Of a stretch of 64,000 bases of DNA, positions 1-8,151 are shown one piece after another. The stretch is from Candidatus Zixiibacteriota bacterium (GTDB taxonomy: Bacteria; Zixibacteria; MSB-5A5; GN15; FEB-12). The notes beneath the pieces were generated by a model, which made no database searches, was not told where the DNA came from, and saw only the letters and a program-made list of their open reading frames with translations. The stretch spans positions 3,566 to 67,565 of the forward strand of contig JAWXAN010000060.1 of NCBI GenBank assembly GCA_034439475.1, in the 5' to 3' direction. The position numbers were made by a program, and so were the translations under genes. Positions within the stretch are counted from its first letter, which is position 1; each line of letters starts with the position of its first letter.

Positions 1-122
1 AGCGCCTTCCCTGCCGCTATGGCAAGTGACATAATGCTCCCTGAGTAAGCCTATACAGTAGCGGGGCTGTGACGGATTCACACCGTCTTCCCTATTATCC
101 GTCCAGAATGGACGGCACCGAA
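1..122 (-). promoter_or_regulatory. Cobalamin (B12) riboswitch aptamer, truncated by the window start. The regulated gene lies upstream of coordinate 1 on the minus strand.
   Basis: The minus-strand reading is cggtgccgtccattctggacgg-ATAATAGGGAAgacGGTGtGAATCCgtcACaGCCCCGCTACTGTAtagg...gtCACTtgcc...ggcaGGGAAGGCg. This matches the conserved core of the cobalamin riboswitch family as I remember it (AAnAGGGAA, GGTGnnAAnnCC, CCCGCnACTGT, GGGAAGGC). Confidence 0.7.
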
Positions 123-187
123 ATATGTTGAAATGAAATTGCGGGAGATCGAAGATTAAGTCAAGCGGATTTTAGTCCGCAAATAAC

Positions 188-1042
188 TTAATGATGGACG
201 TAAATGGTCTTGCCGACGCAATCGATGGTGACCACATGCCCTTTAAGAAACGACGCGCCAAGGATTCCGGCAAGTTTGAGGTGTGACGATTGGAAGTTTT
301 TGAGATCTGACACGACGACAGGCACATCGGTCGAAGCGGCATTCTTGCCAAGCGAGATTGATGAAACTGACTGCAGAGATTCGTCGTCATTTTTTAAGCC
401 CAATTTAATCGCTGTCTCAGGTGAGATGAGGGTATATGATGAACAGAGGTCGACCATCATCTTGCCGGAGCAAGAATCATTGAGCCGGACATCCACAAGA
501 ATAAGATGATTGTGTTCTGTGAACGGAATTGCTGTATGACGCGAGTCATGGGTAAACGACGGTTTGCCCATGTGGAGGGCAATAGTGTTCTGGGTGTAAT
601 CAACCGTTATGCAATATTTTCTCAAGAGGTCATACCCGATCAAACCATCGGGGTGGTCTCCATCGCTAACATTCGCAAGGGCGTCAATATCAATCGCAAG
701 GGCTGAAAGGTCGATGAGTCGTTCACTGCCGATGTCCAAAGACTGGATTTCCATTGGGGAGGCCGAGGTTCGTCCCGCAACTGAGACTATTGTACGAGGC
801 GTTGGAGAATCGAAGTACGGAAGATTATTTCTCTCCGCAAAACCTTTGTCGATATAGAGCTGGTCGGCTCCGGTATCAAGACCAAAGCGGCCCGTCACCA
901 GACCGTTGAGGATGACATCGACTTCGACAAGTCCCCGCGCATAGCTAAATGGGATAGCTTCGGGGAAAGTTTGTGACGCAGTCATCAATAGACAAGTGAG
1001 TAAATAAATAATGGAAACGGGACGGCGAGTAAGTTTTTCCAT
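188..1042 (-). CDS. Secreted retropepsin-like (clan AA) aspartyl protease, two-lobed
   Basis: ATG start and a hydrophobic N-terminal signal-like segment. LDTGAD (D-T-G-A) catalytic-type motif in the first half, with a degenerate second lobe. 284 aa. Confidence 0.5.
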   Translation of the reverse strand: MEKLTRRPVSIIYLLTCLLMTASQTFPEAIPFSYARGLVEVDVILNGLVTGRFGLDTGADQLYIDKGFAERNNLPYFDSPTPRTIVSVAGRTSASPMEIQSLDIGSERLIDLSALAIDIDALANVSDGDHPDGLIGYDLLRKYCITVDYTQNTIALHMGKPSFTHDSRHTAIPFTEHNHLILVDVRLNDSCSGKMMVDLCSSYTLISPETAIKLGLKNDDESLQSVSSISLGKNAASTDVPVVVSDLKNFQSSHLKLAGILGASFLKGHVVTIDCVGKTIYVHH

Positions 1043-1149
1043 ATTGATCAGTCGGTCAAAGACGGAGAGGGAAATATTTTATAGCGGTCGGATGTCGATC
1101 TGAGATACCCCTAACAAGGACATGTCGGGTTCGTCGATCAACCAGGGAG

Positions 1150-1263
1150 TTAGTCTTTCTTTTTCTCCAAGCGCTTTACCTGTTTATCAAGTCGCCACAC
1201 AAATGCAAATAAGCCAAACCAGATAACCAGGGTTACAACAAGAGCTACATAGTTATCATCCAT
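1150..1263 (-). CDS. CcmD-like small single-TM protein (37 aa). It is below the ORF-track length cutoff.
   Basis: My own translation is MDDNYVALVVTLVIWFGLFAFVWRLDKQVKRLEKKKD. It has one TM helix followed by a basic tail, which is typical CcmD-family architecture. It lies directly downstream of ccmB, with AGGA about 13 nt upstream of the ATG. Confidence 0.5.
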   Translation of the reverse strand: MDDNYVALVVTLVIWFGLFAFVWRLDKQVKRLEKKKD

Positions 1264-1373
1264 TATAATTAATTCCTGGAGTTAGATGTTCCTTAAATTG
1301 GGCAAATGGCCAAGAAAACCGCATGAGTATACATGCCGAAATATAACCAGTTCAAGCAATACTACAATGAAAT

Positions 1374-2078
1374 TCATTCCTGCCAGACGAACCTGAACAG
1401 CATGATTGATGAAGTGACCATTACAACTATGAAAGAGAACAATACCTGCAGTTCACCGGCTACAAAGGCGAAGCCTTGATTGTCAAGGATCTTCCCCGTC
1501 GAGGCAACCAATGCCCAAAGAGGCACGATAAGTAGAGGAAATGCAATTACCGCAAAAAGGGCTCCGCGAGTTGCGGCTCGTGCGATGATAGCGGCCACAA
1601 GCGTCGTCGCCGCGCACAACGCCAAGATTCCAGCGAGCAATATGAGAACTAAGAGTCCGGGATTGCCAGTCGAGGCATCTGTGAAGATGAAAAATAGCGG
1701 AGTAACCACAAAACCTATTGTGGTCATAAGCAAAAGATTAAAACTGAGTTTACCAAGATACACGGCAAGCGGGTCGGCCACCAGCCTTAAGCCTAGCGCG
1801 GTGCCAGCTTCTTCCTCACGCACAAAGGACTGTGACATCCCGGCGATACAAGAGAAGAAAAGAATTATCCAATAAAGTGCCGCGAGTAATTTGGGCGGAA
1901 GTTCCGCCTGACCCACCGAAAACGACACCACAACCAACGTTGTCACGCCGAACATGAGAATTGTGCTCAGAGCAGAACGTGACCGCAATTCGAGCCGCAC
2001 ATCTTTTGCGAAAATGCTGAAAGCCCGGCTAAGTAAGCCGGATTTGTTTTGTGGCGGCACGTTCGTCCTCTTGTTCAT
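1374..2078 (-). CDS. ccmB: Heme exporter permease CcmB
   Basis: Six predicted TM segments and a CcmB-like pattern (FAKDVRLELRSR ... SFVREEEAGTALGL ... FPLLIVPL). The track start at 2087 is TTG and the first ATG is at 2078. Either start overlaps the ccmA end by about 50 nt, so the true start is uncertain. Confidence 0.75.
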   Translation of the reverse strand: MNKRTNVPPQNKSGLLSRAFSIFAKDVRLELRSRSALSTILMFGVTTLVVVSFSVGQAELPPKLLAALYWIILFFSCIAGMSQSFVREEEAGTALGLRLVADPLAVYLGKLSFNLLLMTTIGFVVTPLFFIFTDASTGNPGLLVLILLAGILALCAATTLVAAIIARAATRGALFAVIAFPLLIVPLWALVASTGKILDNQGFAFVAGELQVLFSFIVVMVTSSIMLFRFVWQE

Positions 2079-2643
2079 TTGAAGCAATCACGACAATTCG
2101 TGTCTGCTTACTCTGTTCGATTATTCGATAGACCATCTCTTTGCCGCTGGCGTCGAGGTTCGAAGTGGGCTCGTCCAGAAACAGGAAGCCTGGTTTGCGC
2201 AACAAAGCGATGGCGAATTTGAGCCGCTGTTTCATGCCAGAAGAGTACTCGCCGACCAGATCAGAACCTCTTCCTTCAAGTCCGACCTGATTCAGAACCC
2301 GATTAATTTCCTGACCCTCGACTCGACCGCCCGACACTGTTATGAAAAAGTTTAAATTCTCCTCAGCGGTAAGCGCGTCATAGAGACTAAGGTAGGGGGC
2401 GACGAGTGCCGTCTGGGCTCGAAGTTCCTCATCGGCTAAGATATTGTCGTCTGAACTGAAAGTGACCGTTCCTGTAGCCGGGCGGAATTGACGAAGGAGT
2501 GTCATGAGAAGGGTAGTTTTGCCGGAGCCGTTTGGTCCGGTGATGATGAAGACTTGTCCGGTCGTAAGCTCGAAGGAAATATCCTGGAACACTTTTCGTA
2601 CTCCAAAACGCTTGCTCAAATTATCTGCTCTCAATCGGTACAT
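2029..2643 (-). CDS. ccmA: ABC transporter ATP-binding protein, CcmA-type heme exporter ATPase
   Basis: Walker A GPNGSGKTTLL, ABC signature YSSGMKQRL and Walker B LFLDEP. About 200 aa, immediately upstream of ccmB. Confidence 0.7.
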   Translation of the reverse strand: MYRLRADNLSKRFGVRKVFQDISFELTTGQVFIITGPNGSGKTTLLMTLLRQFRPATGTVTFSSDDNILADEELRAQTALVAPYLSLYDALTAEENLNFFITVSGGRVEGQEINRVLNQVGLEGRGSDLVGEYSSGMKQRLKFAIALLRKPGFLFLDEPTSNLDASGKEMVYRIIEQSKQTRIVVIASNEQEDERAATKQIRLT

Positions 2644-2680
2644 TATCTAAAGAAAAGCTTCCTTGAGTAAAAATGACAAT

Positions 2681-2703
2681 AAAAAAAGAGCGGCTTGCCG
2701 CTC
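2681..2703 (-). terminator. Rho-independent terminator after the DUF1573 gene
   Basis: The minus strand reads GAGCGG-caag-CCGCTC followed by TTTTTTT. Confidence 0.6.
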
Positions 2704-2747
2704 AGGCAACAACCGCTCTTGAGGTTCAAATGCTTTGTTCTGTGTTG

Positions 2748-3470
2748 CTACTTCTGTCCCAGTGGAGTCCCGCCAGTAGGTTTAACCTTATATAGTCGTG
2801 TGACGGGCAGTGTGAAACGTGAGCTTTCCGTATCATTTGTGGCAATGGTCAGGGATTCTTTGAATTCCGTCTCAATATTTTCCTTGCGGACAGTCACAAT
2901 TCCATCCACAGTCGCACCGGCCTTGATAACCGAAGGAAGCTTGACAGTAAAGCTTTTGAAAGATGAATCGACCACAGACAAAGTCAGGTCTTGAGACGAT
3001 GTATTTGTTATCTTAAATGTTCCCCTCCGTCGCGGCTTTTCATTGAATTGCGAGACATCGAGCGTCAATGGCGCCAGTTGTATCGGCTTGGTGGCAACTG
3101 AATCAACGAGCATTTCCGCGTAGATTTTGAGAAACTGTTTTTCCTCAGACGCGTTGGTTGTGATATAGGGACGCTTGGCCACCATCCCGTTCATGCGGCC
3201 GGTTGAGAAATTAATCTGCAGTCGGGCGCTATCCCCCGGGGCAATCAATGAATCGGTCAAAAGGGCTTTGGTACAACCGCAGCCGGGGACAACTTCTTTT
3301 ATATGAAGAGCTTCGTCACCGACAGATTTTATCCAAAAGGCATGGGTCAGCACCGACTGCTGCGGAGTTTTGCCAAAATTAATCGTATCATCCGTGATTT
3401 TCACCTTCGGGCCGGCAAACCCCGATGCGGCCAAAAAGCTGATACTAACTGCGGCAATAAGTGATTTCAC
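2748..3470 (-). CDS. DUF1573-family secreted protein
   Basis: Signal peptide and the PGCGCT motif characteristic of DUF1573. GTG start with GGAG 8-9 nt upstream. Confidence 0.6.
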   Translation of the reverse strand: MKSLIAAVSISFLAASGFAGPKVKITDDTINFGKTPQQSVLTHAFWIKSVGDEALHIKEVVPGCGCTKALLTDSLIAPGDSARLQINFSTGRMNGMVAKRPYITTNASEEKQFLKIYAEMLVDSVATKPIQLAPLTLDVSQFNEKPRRRGTFKITNTSSQDLTLSVVDSSFKSFTVKLPSVIKAGATVDGIVTVRKENIETEFKESLTIATNDTESSRFTLPVTRLYKVKPTGGTPLGQK

Positions 3471-3588
3471 AACTATATCTCCTCAGAGTTGATGATTACA
3501 TTTCGGTGGGAATATGTTTTATAGTACATGACATAATTTCTTGTTAAAACACTTCAAAAGGAATCGCTTTATGATGCATCAAGGCAGG

Positions 3589-4356
3589 TCAGTTGATGGG
3601 CTCGAATATCCTTTCCCAGCGTACTTTTTCAAAAAAGTGAATGACATTAAACACAAAAAGCCGCGGCACAGATAACGGATCAGACACCGAGACTCCGGGC
3701 GAGGGCTTGGCGTCCTCGTTCCAAGACCAGTGGATGACCATCGCTTCGCCCAGAATGTTCGCCTGCGGAACCGCCCGCCAGTATCTTGAGTCATACGAGT
3801 TATCCCGATTATCCCCCATCATAAAATAATGCTTTGGCGGCACAACATACGGCCCAAAATTATCCCGGCTGTTTTCATTGCCCATCCGACGTCCTTGGAT
3901 AATCGCGCTGCCGTCAATATTGACATCGATAAACTTCGCATGTTCCGGATCGGTGAAACGGGCTCCATTCACAAATAATTCTTTGTCGCGGACTTCTACG
4001 GTATCACCGCCGACTGCGACACAGCGTTTGATATATTTGGTCACACCATCGCCGGGGAAAATAAAGATAACAACGTCCCCGGGCACAGGATTGCGAAGGG
4101 CGGGCAGACGCCAATCAACAAGCGGAACTTGTGCGCCATAAATAAATTTGTTTGCGAGGAGGAAATCGCCGACGAGCAGGGTGTCTTCCATAGACGCGGT
4201 CGGGATTTTATAGGCTTCAACTACCGACGTCTTGATGAGAAGAGCCAAAATAACTGCGATAACGATTTGTTTGATATTGTCCCAAACCGACTCTGCCGTA
4301 CCCGGTTTGCGGGTTGTTGGTCGAGTACTGGCAGTTTCCGTTTTGACACTTTTCAT
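3589..4356 (-). CDS. lepB: Signal peptidase I
   Basis: N-terminal TM segment, SMEDTL catalytic Ser box, KRCVAVGGD and GDNRDNSYDSRYW boxes. Confidence 0.9.
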   Translation of the reverse strand: MKSVKTETASTRPTTRKPGTAESVWDNIKQIVIAVILALLIKTSVVEAYKIPTASMEDTLLVGDFLLANKFIYGAQVPLVDWRLPALRNPVPGDVVIFIFPGDGVTKYIKRCVAVGGDTVEVRDKELFVNGARFTDPEHAKFIDVNIDGSAIIQGRRMGNENSRDNFGPYVVPPKHYFMMGDNRDNSYDSRYWRAVPQANILGEAMVIHWSWNEDAKPSPGVSVSDPLSVPRLFVFNVIHFFEKVRWERIFEPIN

Positions 4357-4372
4357 GAATTACCTTTCAGTT

Positions 4373-4392
4373 ATACCAGCCAAGGCCGGAAT
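4373..4392. repeat. Degenerate copy of the cattccgg..ccggaatcc hairpin repeat
   Basis: ataccagccaaggccggaat, compared with attccggtgcaggccggaat at 7967-7986. It is intergenic between rseP and lepB. Confidence 0.3.
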
Positions 4393-4438
4393 TGTTTCCC
4401 GTTGTTTTTGGGCTCTTGCTCTAAGCTCGTCAGGTGAA

Positions 4439-5506
4439 TCACATGCCCGTCAGAAAACGCTTTATGTCATTATACGTGACAATCACGATAAGCCCAAGCA
4501 GAACAACCATGCCGATTTGTTGAGCCAACCCTCTGGCCTTCATAGAAAGCGGCGAGCCTTTGATTGCTTCGATACCTAAAAATACAAGATGGCCGCCATC
4601 GAGGACCGGAATGGGAAGAACATTCAGCACAGCCAGATTTACAGAGAGAAGAGCCATGAAAAAGAAGAGACTAGACGCCCCTTTTTTGGCCTCTTTGCCT
4701 GACTGCTGGGCAATGAAAACCGGGCCGCCTATCATGTTGGGCGAGACATCACCCGAGACAAGTTTCTTTATAAATTTTAAGGTCTCCCAGACAATTACAT
4801 GTGCCGTAGCAAAACCTTCAGACACTGATGTTGCCAGCCCGTAGCTTTCATATCGTACAATTTTCTGTGAAACGCCAATAATGCCTACAGAATCGACGCC
4901 GCCTTGCATATTCGGCTGGGGATCTATTTTTGTTACAATCGATTTGGACAGGGTGTCGCTATTTCGGAGCCATGTAATCTGAACCGGTTCAGCAACTTTG
5001 GCGTTGACCAGAACCCGCATCGAATCAAAATTATTGACAGGTTTGTCGTCGATGGCAATTATTTCGTCGCCTTCCACAAGTCCCGCTCCTGCGGCAGGTC
5101 CGTCTTTGACGACTTCGCCGACAAGAACCCGCTCGGGATCAAAGATAGGTTTGCCGCCGAAATAGAAAATGCCGATCATGAGAACAATTGCCAGGAGATA
5201 ATTCATGAACGGCCCGGCAATAATTACTGCCGCACGTTGCCCGACGGTTTTCGACATAAACTCGTCATTTGCGCCGGTGGCTTCTTCCTCGGGGCTTTCT
5301 CCGGCCATTTTTACAAACCCGCCGAGCGGAATGATACCTATACAGTAGGTGGTCTCGCCGACTTTCTTTGAGACGATATTGGGCGGGAATCCAAGCGAGA
5401 ACTTCTCTACCCGAATCCCAATTCTTTTAGCAACAAGGAAATGCCCGAGCTCATGAATGAATACGAGAATACCAAGAACAAAAATAAATGCCAATGCCGT
5501 TACCAT
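4439..5506 (-). CDS. rseP: RIP site-2 zinc metalloprotease (M50) RseP
   Basis: HELGHF zinc motif near the N-terminus, a PDZ-like middle region and the C-terminal LNVLPIPVLDGG motif. Conserved dxr-rseP adjacency. Confidence 0.85.
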   Translation of the reverse strand: MVTALAFIFVLGILVFIHELGHFLVAKRIGIRVEKFSLGFPPNIVSKKVGETTYCIGIIPLGGFVKMAGESPEEEATGANDEFMSKTVGQRAAVIIAGPFMNYLLAIVLMIGIFYFGGKPIFDPERVLVGEVVKDGPAAGAGLVEGDEIIAIDDKPVNNFDSMRVLVNAKVAEPVQITWLRNSDTLSKSIVTKIDPQPNMQGGVDSVGIIGVSQKIVRYESYGLATSVSEGFATAHVIVWETLKFIKKLVSGDVSPNMIGGPVFIAQQSGKEAKKGASSLFFFMALLSVNLAVLNVLPIPVLDGGHLVFLGIEAIKGSPLSMKARGLAQQIGMVVLLGLIVIVTYNDIKRFLTGM

Positions 5507-6666
5507 ATAACTTTCTCCACTGCCTGTCGTGCCGTCTCTCGTGCTATACGATCCGCTTCGAGAATATCCTCAAGATTTGGATTACTTACCACAACTATTT
5601 TATCAACTGTTCGCTGAATCGTTTCTGCAATTTCGGTGAATTTGATTGAACGCTCCAAAAATGCCGCAACTGCTGTCTCATTGGCCGCGCTGTAAATAGC
5701 CGGGGCCGTCCCCCCTACTCGCGCCGCCTCGATTCCCATAGCCGCCGCAGGAAAGCGTTTATAATCCGGCGGCTCAAATGTAAGCGACAAACTCTTCTCC
5801 CAATTCATTGTACCGTAGTCAGAAACAACCCGCTCAGGCCAAAAAAGCGCGTACGTTATCGGCAGGCGCATATCCGGAATTGACATTTGGGCCATAACCG
5901 ATGAATCAATAAACTCAACCATGGAATGAACGATTGATTGCGGGTGGATAGCAATAATAACTTTTTCAACCGGGATCGAGAACAAATTCACGGCTTCGAT
6001 GACCTCAAGTCCCTTGTTTGCCAAAGTGGCGGAATCGATTGTTATTTTTGGTCCCATCTTCCATGTCGGATGCGAGAGCGCTTCTTCGACAGTAATGTCT
6101 TCGAACTGGTCTGCGGCCAATGTGCGGAATGGCCCGCCTGATGATGTCAGCACCAGCCTTTTCACACTCGCGATATCATTTCCCCGAAGAGCCTGCCAGA
6201 TTGCCGAATGCTCGGAATCGATGGGAAGTATCTGCGCTTTTGTCTTTTCAAGTATAGGCCCAAAGAGCGGGCCGCCTGCCACCAGAGATTCCTTGTTCGC
6301 CAGTGCAAGCATTCGGCCGGACGAGACTGTCGCGAGCGAGGCTTTTAGCCCTGCCGAGCCGACAATTGCGTTGAGGACAATGTCTACATCCTCAAGCGAT
6401 GCTAACCCAACCAGATCGTCTTCGCCAGAGAGCACACGAACCGGTTCATCTTTGAGAGCAGACGATACTTTTTTTGTCGCGATGGGGTCGACCAGACAGA
6501 GATATTCAGGGCGGAATACGCGGTACTGCTCGACTATCATTTCGGCATTCGAGTATGCCGCAAGAGCGCGCACGATAAATCTGCCCGGATGGGCCGAGAT
6601 CACTTCAAGCGCCGATTTTCCGATTGAACCGGTTGAGCCGAGGACAACTATTTTGCGTGGATTCAT
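5500..6666 (-). CDS. dxr: 1-deoxy-D-xylulose 5-phosphate reductoisomerase
   Basis: LGSTGSIGKSALEV NADPH-binding N-terminus, LANKESLV and DSEHSAI motifs. 388 aa. Confidence 0.95.
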   Translation of the reverse strand: MNPRKIVVLGSTGSIGKSALEVISAHPGRFIVRALAAYSNAEMIVEQYRVFRPEYLCLVDPIATKKVSSALKDEPVRVLSGEDDLVGLASLEDVDIVLNAIVGSAGLKASLATVSSGRMLALANKESLVAGGPLFGPILEKTKAQILPIDSEHSAIWQALRGNDIASVKRLVLTSSGGPFRTLAADQFEDITVEEALSHPTWKMGPKITIDSATLANKGLEVIEAVNLFSIPVEKVIIAIHPQSIVHSMVEFIDSSVMAQMSIPDMRLPITYALFWPERVVSDYGTMNWEKSLSLTFEPPDYKRFPAAAMGIEAARVGGTAPAIYSAANETAVAAFLERSIKFTEIAETIQRTVDKIVVVSNPNLEDILEADRIARETARQAVEKVIW

Positions 6667-6730
6667 AATTCGTTAAACGACAGTATTAAAGCTCGGTTCC
6701 ACTCTTTCGGGCATTGTTGCGAATAATAGT

Positions 6731-6759
6731 AAAGGCGGCACGGTTTCCGCACCGCCTTT
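6731..6759 (-). terminator. GC-rich hairpin downstream of the cyclophilin gene (possible terminator)
   Basis: AAAGGCGG...CCGCCTTT stem with an inner CGG/CCG pair. The flanking T-run is weak on both strands. Confidence 0.4.
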
Positions 6760-6802
6760 CTCATTTCGGTTATATCAGCAGTTTCGAAAAATTACGAAAC
6801 GC

Positions 6803-7504
6803 TTACTTCTTGACTGGTTCCCCTTCGGCATCTGAAGCGTAGGCCCGAATAATCATTACCTTTTCGACCGGTTTGGATTTCTCACCGCCATTTCCGACAA
6901 CGGTTTCGACCTTCTCAATCTTGTGAAGAACATCGTATCCTTTGATGAGATGCCCAAAGACGGTGTATTTCCCATCCAGGAAGGGGGTGCTGGTCAAGCA
7001 AATATAGAACTGACTCGAGGCAGAATTTGGGTCCGAAGAACGAGCGGCCGAAAGCGTTCCTTCAAGATGCGGCTCTTGTGAGAACTCGGCATTCAAATTA
7101 TAGCCCGCCCCGCCTGTTCCGTTGCCAAGAGGGTCGCCGCCCTGAATCATGAAATTAGGCATGATTCTATGGAAGATTGTGCTGTCATAAAAGCCATCGA
7201 GGGTTCGCGCGAGAAACGAGTCAGCATGATTCGGGGCGAGGTCGCGGTAGAGTTCGACGGTCATGGAGCCGAAATTGGTTTCGAGCGTTACGAGGTTGTT
7301 TTTGGGGGTACGAATTGCGTGGCGTTTATCCGCCAGAGAGTCTGTCATAGTGCCTGTCTCCGCTTTTGCCGGCGTTGTCGCCGTTTTTGTGGTGGTGTTC
7401 GTGGTTATGGTGGATCCTTTTTGCGCTGTATCCGAGGCACAAGCCGTCATCACGACACTTAGACAAAAAACAGCCATAGTGGGGATTGTTACTTTTTTAA
7501 ACAT
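6803..7504 (-). CDS. Cyclophilin-type peptidyl-prolyl cis-trans isomerase, lipoprotein or secreted
   Basis: FHRIMPNFMIQGGDP and SQFYICL motifs. The signal peptide has a Cys (VVMTAC). Confidence 0.85.
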   Translation of the reverse strand: MFKKVTIPTMAVFCLSVVMTACASDTAQKGSTITTNTTTKTATTPAKAETGTMTDSLADKRHAIRTPKNNLVTLETNFGSMTVELYRDLAPNHADSFLARTLDGFYDSTIFHRIMPNFMIQGGDPLGNGTGGAGYNLNAEFSQEPHLEGTLSAARSSDPNSASSQFYICLTSTPFLDGKYTVFGHLIKGYDVLHKIEKVETVVGNGGEKSKPVEKVMIIRAYASDAEGEPVKK

Positions 7505-7546
7505 CTGGTTCCTTTCAGAGCCTTGGGATTGAGTTTTCAGGGCGTG

Positions 7547-7575
7547 AATATACTTTGGCGGAATTCTACTGTCAA
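7547..7575 (-). promoter_or_regulatory. Sigma-70-type promoter for the cyclophilin gene
   Basis: The minus strand reads TTGACA-N17-TATATT, about 40 nt upstream of the ATG at 7504. AAAGGAA Shine-Dalgarno follows. Confidence 0.45.
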
Positions 7576-7679
7576 GATTTATGGAAGTTCTTAGAAGAAT
7601 TGGCCTTAAGCAAAAAAATCAAAGAAATTGCGATTAGTGCATTTTTTTGTTGAACTTTTACCCGCTTGTGTTGTTTAGT

Positions 7680-7842
7680 GTACAACACACGAAAGGAGGT
7701 GGTCTTATTCGTACAATTGAAGACTTTAGTGAGGTGACTGATATTTAGTCGCCGCCTCGACAAATTTGGTTGGGGTCTTTGACTAGATAAAACCCAACAG
7801 ATTCACCGGTCTCGCTAAAAGAGTAGCGAGACTTCTTTTTTT
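7680..7842 (+). ncRNA. Candidate small RNA or short transcript ending at an orphan plus-strand terminator
   Basis: A strong plus-strand intrinsic terminator at 7809-7842 has no credible plus-strand CDS upstream. There are internal hairpins (GTGTTGT/ACAACAC at 7668-7689, GTTGGG/CCCAAC) and a weak TTGAAC-N18-TTTAGT at 7650-7679. Confidence 0.25.
7809..7842 (+). terminator. Rho-independent terminator on the plus strand
   Basis: GTCTCGCT-aaaagagt-AGCGAGAC followed by TTCTTTTTTT. Confidence 0.65.
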
Positions 7843-7885
7843 GCCTTTTTTTAGATCTCTATGACTTCAGGCGCTCTCGCCCTGA

Positions 7886-7926
7886 CTGTTCAATCAGAGT
7901 GTCGGTCCGCCGCGGCGGACCGACAC
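7886..7926. repeat. Palindromic repeat, copy 1 (ctgttcaatcagag + 28-nt perfect palindrome)
   Basis: GTGTCGGTCCGCCG|CGGCGGACCGACAC is a perfect palindrome at 7899-7926. The same leader plus palindrome recurs at 8152-8195. Confidence 0.8.
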
Positions 7927-7964
7927 CACAGGCATCCCCCCATCAGTGTCATTGCCTTCACAAT

Positions 7965-7990
7965 GTCATTCCGGTGCAGGCCGGAATCCA
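7965..7990. repeat. Hairpin repeat gtcATTCCGGtgcaggCCGGAATcca
   Basis: Seven-bp inverted arms. Related copies are at 4373-4392 and 50384-50413. Confidence 0.6.
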
Positions 7991-8002
7991 GGGTAAATAG
8001 AC

Positions 8003-8027
8003 GTGCAGGCCATCTTCGGACTGCACC
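8003..8027. repeat. Hairpin repeat GTGCAGGCC-N-GGaCTGCAC
   Basis: Same family as the perfect hairpin GTGCAGGCCgtctctGGCCTGCAC at 50428-50451. Confidence 0.6.
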
Positions 8028-8117
8028 ACATATTAGAACCCACCGCAAGCAGTGTGGAGGTATGATCCGCTCATAAATAGTCTGGAATTAAATTAGTGCT
8101 GTCAGATATCGTCATAT

Positions 8118-8140
8118 AAAAACCCACCCGTTGGGTGGGC
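8118..8140 (-). terminator. Rho-independent terminator for the 8208-9134 lipoprotein gene
   Basis: The minus strand reads CCCACCC-aac-GGGTGGG followed by TTTTT. Confidence 0.6.
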
Positions 8141-8151
8141 TGCATAGAAAC

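Noticed and set aside
5999-6676. Long antisense ORFs opposite strongly supported genes (5999-6676, 15577-16284, 18405-19097, 26954-27631, 38567-39223, 48423-48977 and many shorter ones)
   Set aside because: Each lies entirely inside a gene with unambiguous family motifs on the other strand (dxr, arcC, ALDH, coaBC, ACAD, atuA-like). Their translations are Ser/Arg/Pro-rich shadow-frame products with no motifs.
7572-7763. 63-aa minus-strand ORF in the 7.5-8.2 kb gap
   Set aside because: TTG start with no RBS and a very basic, odd composition. It overlaps the region with plus-strand hairpins and the terminator. I recognise no family.
7861-8076. 71-aa plus-strand ORF (MTSGALALTVQSECRSAAADRHHRH...)
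   Set aside because: It is a read-through of the palindromic repeat modules (CRSAAADRH, SFRCRPESR). It has no Shine-Dalgarno and an Arg/His/Cys-rich low-complexity composition, and it starts right after a terminator. I treat it as non-coding repeat DNA.
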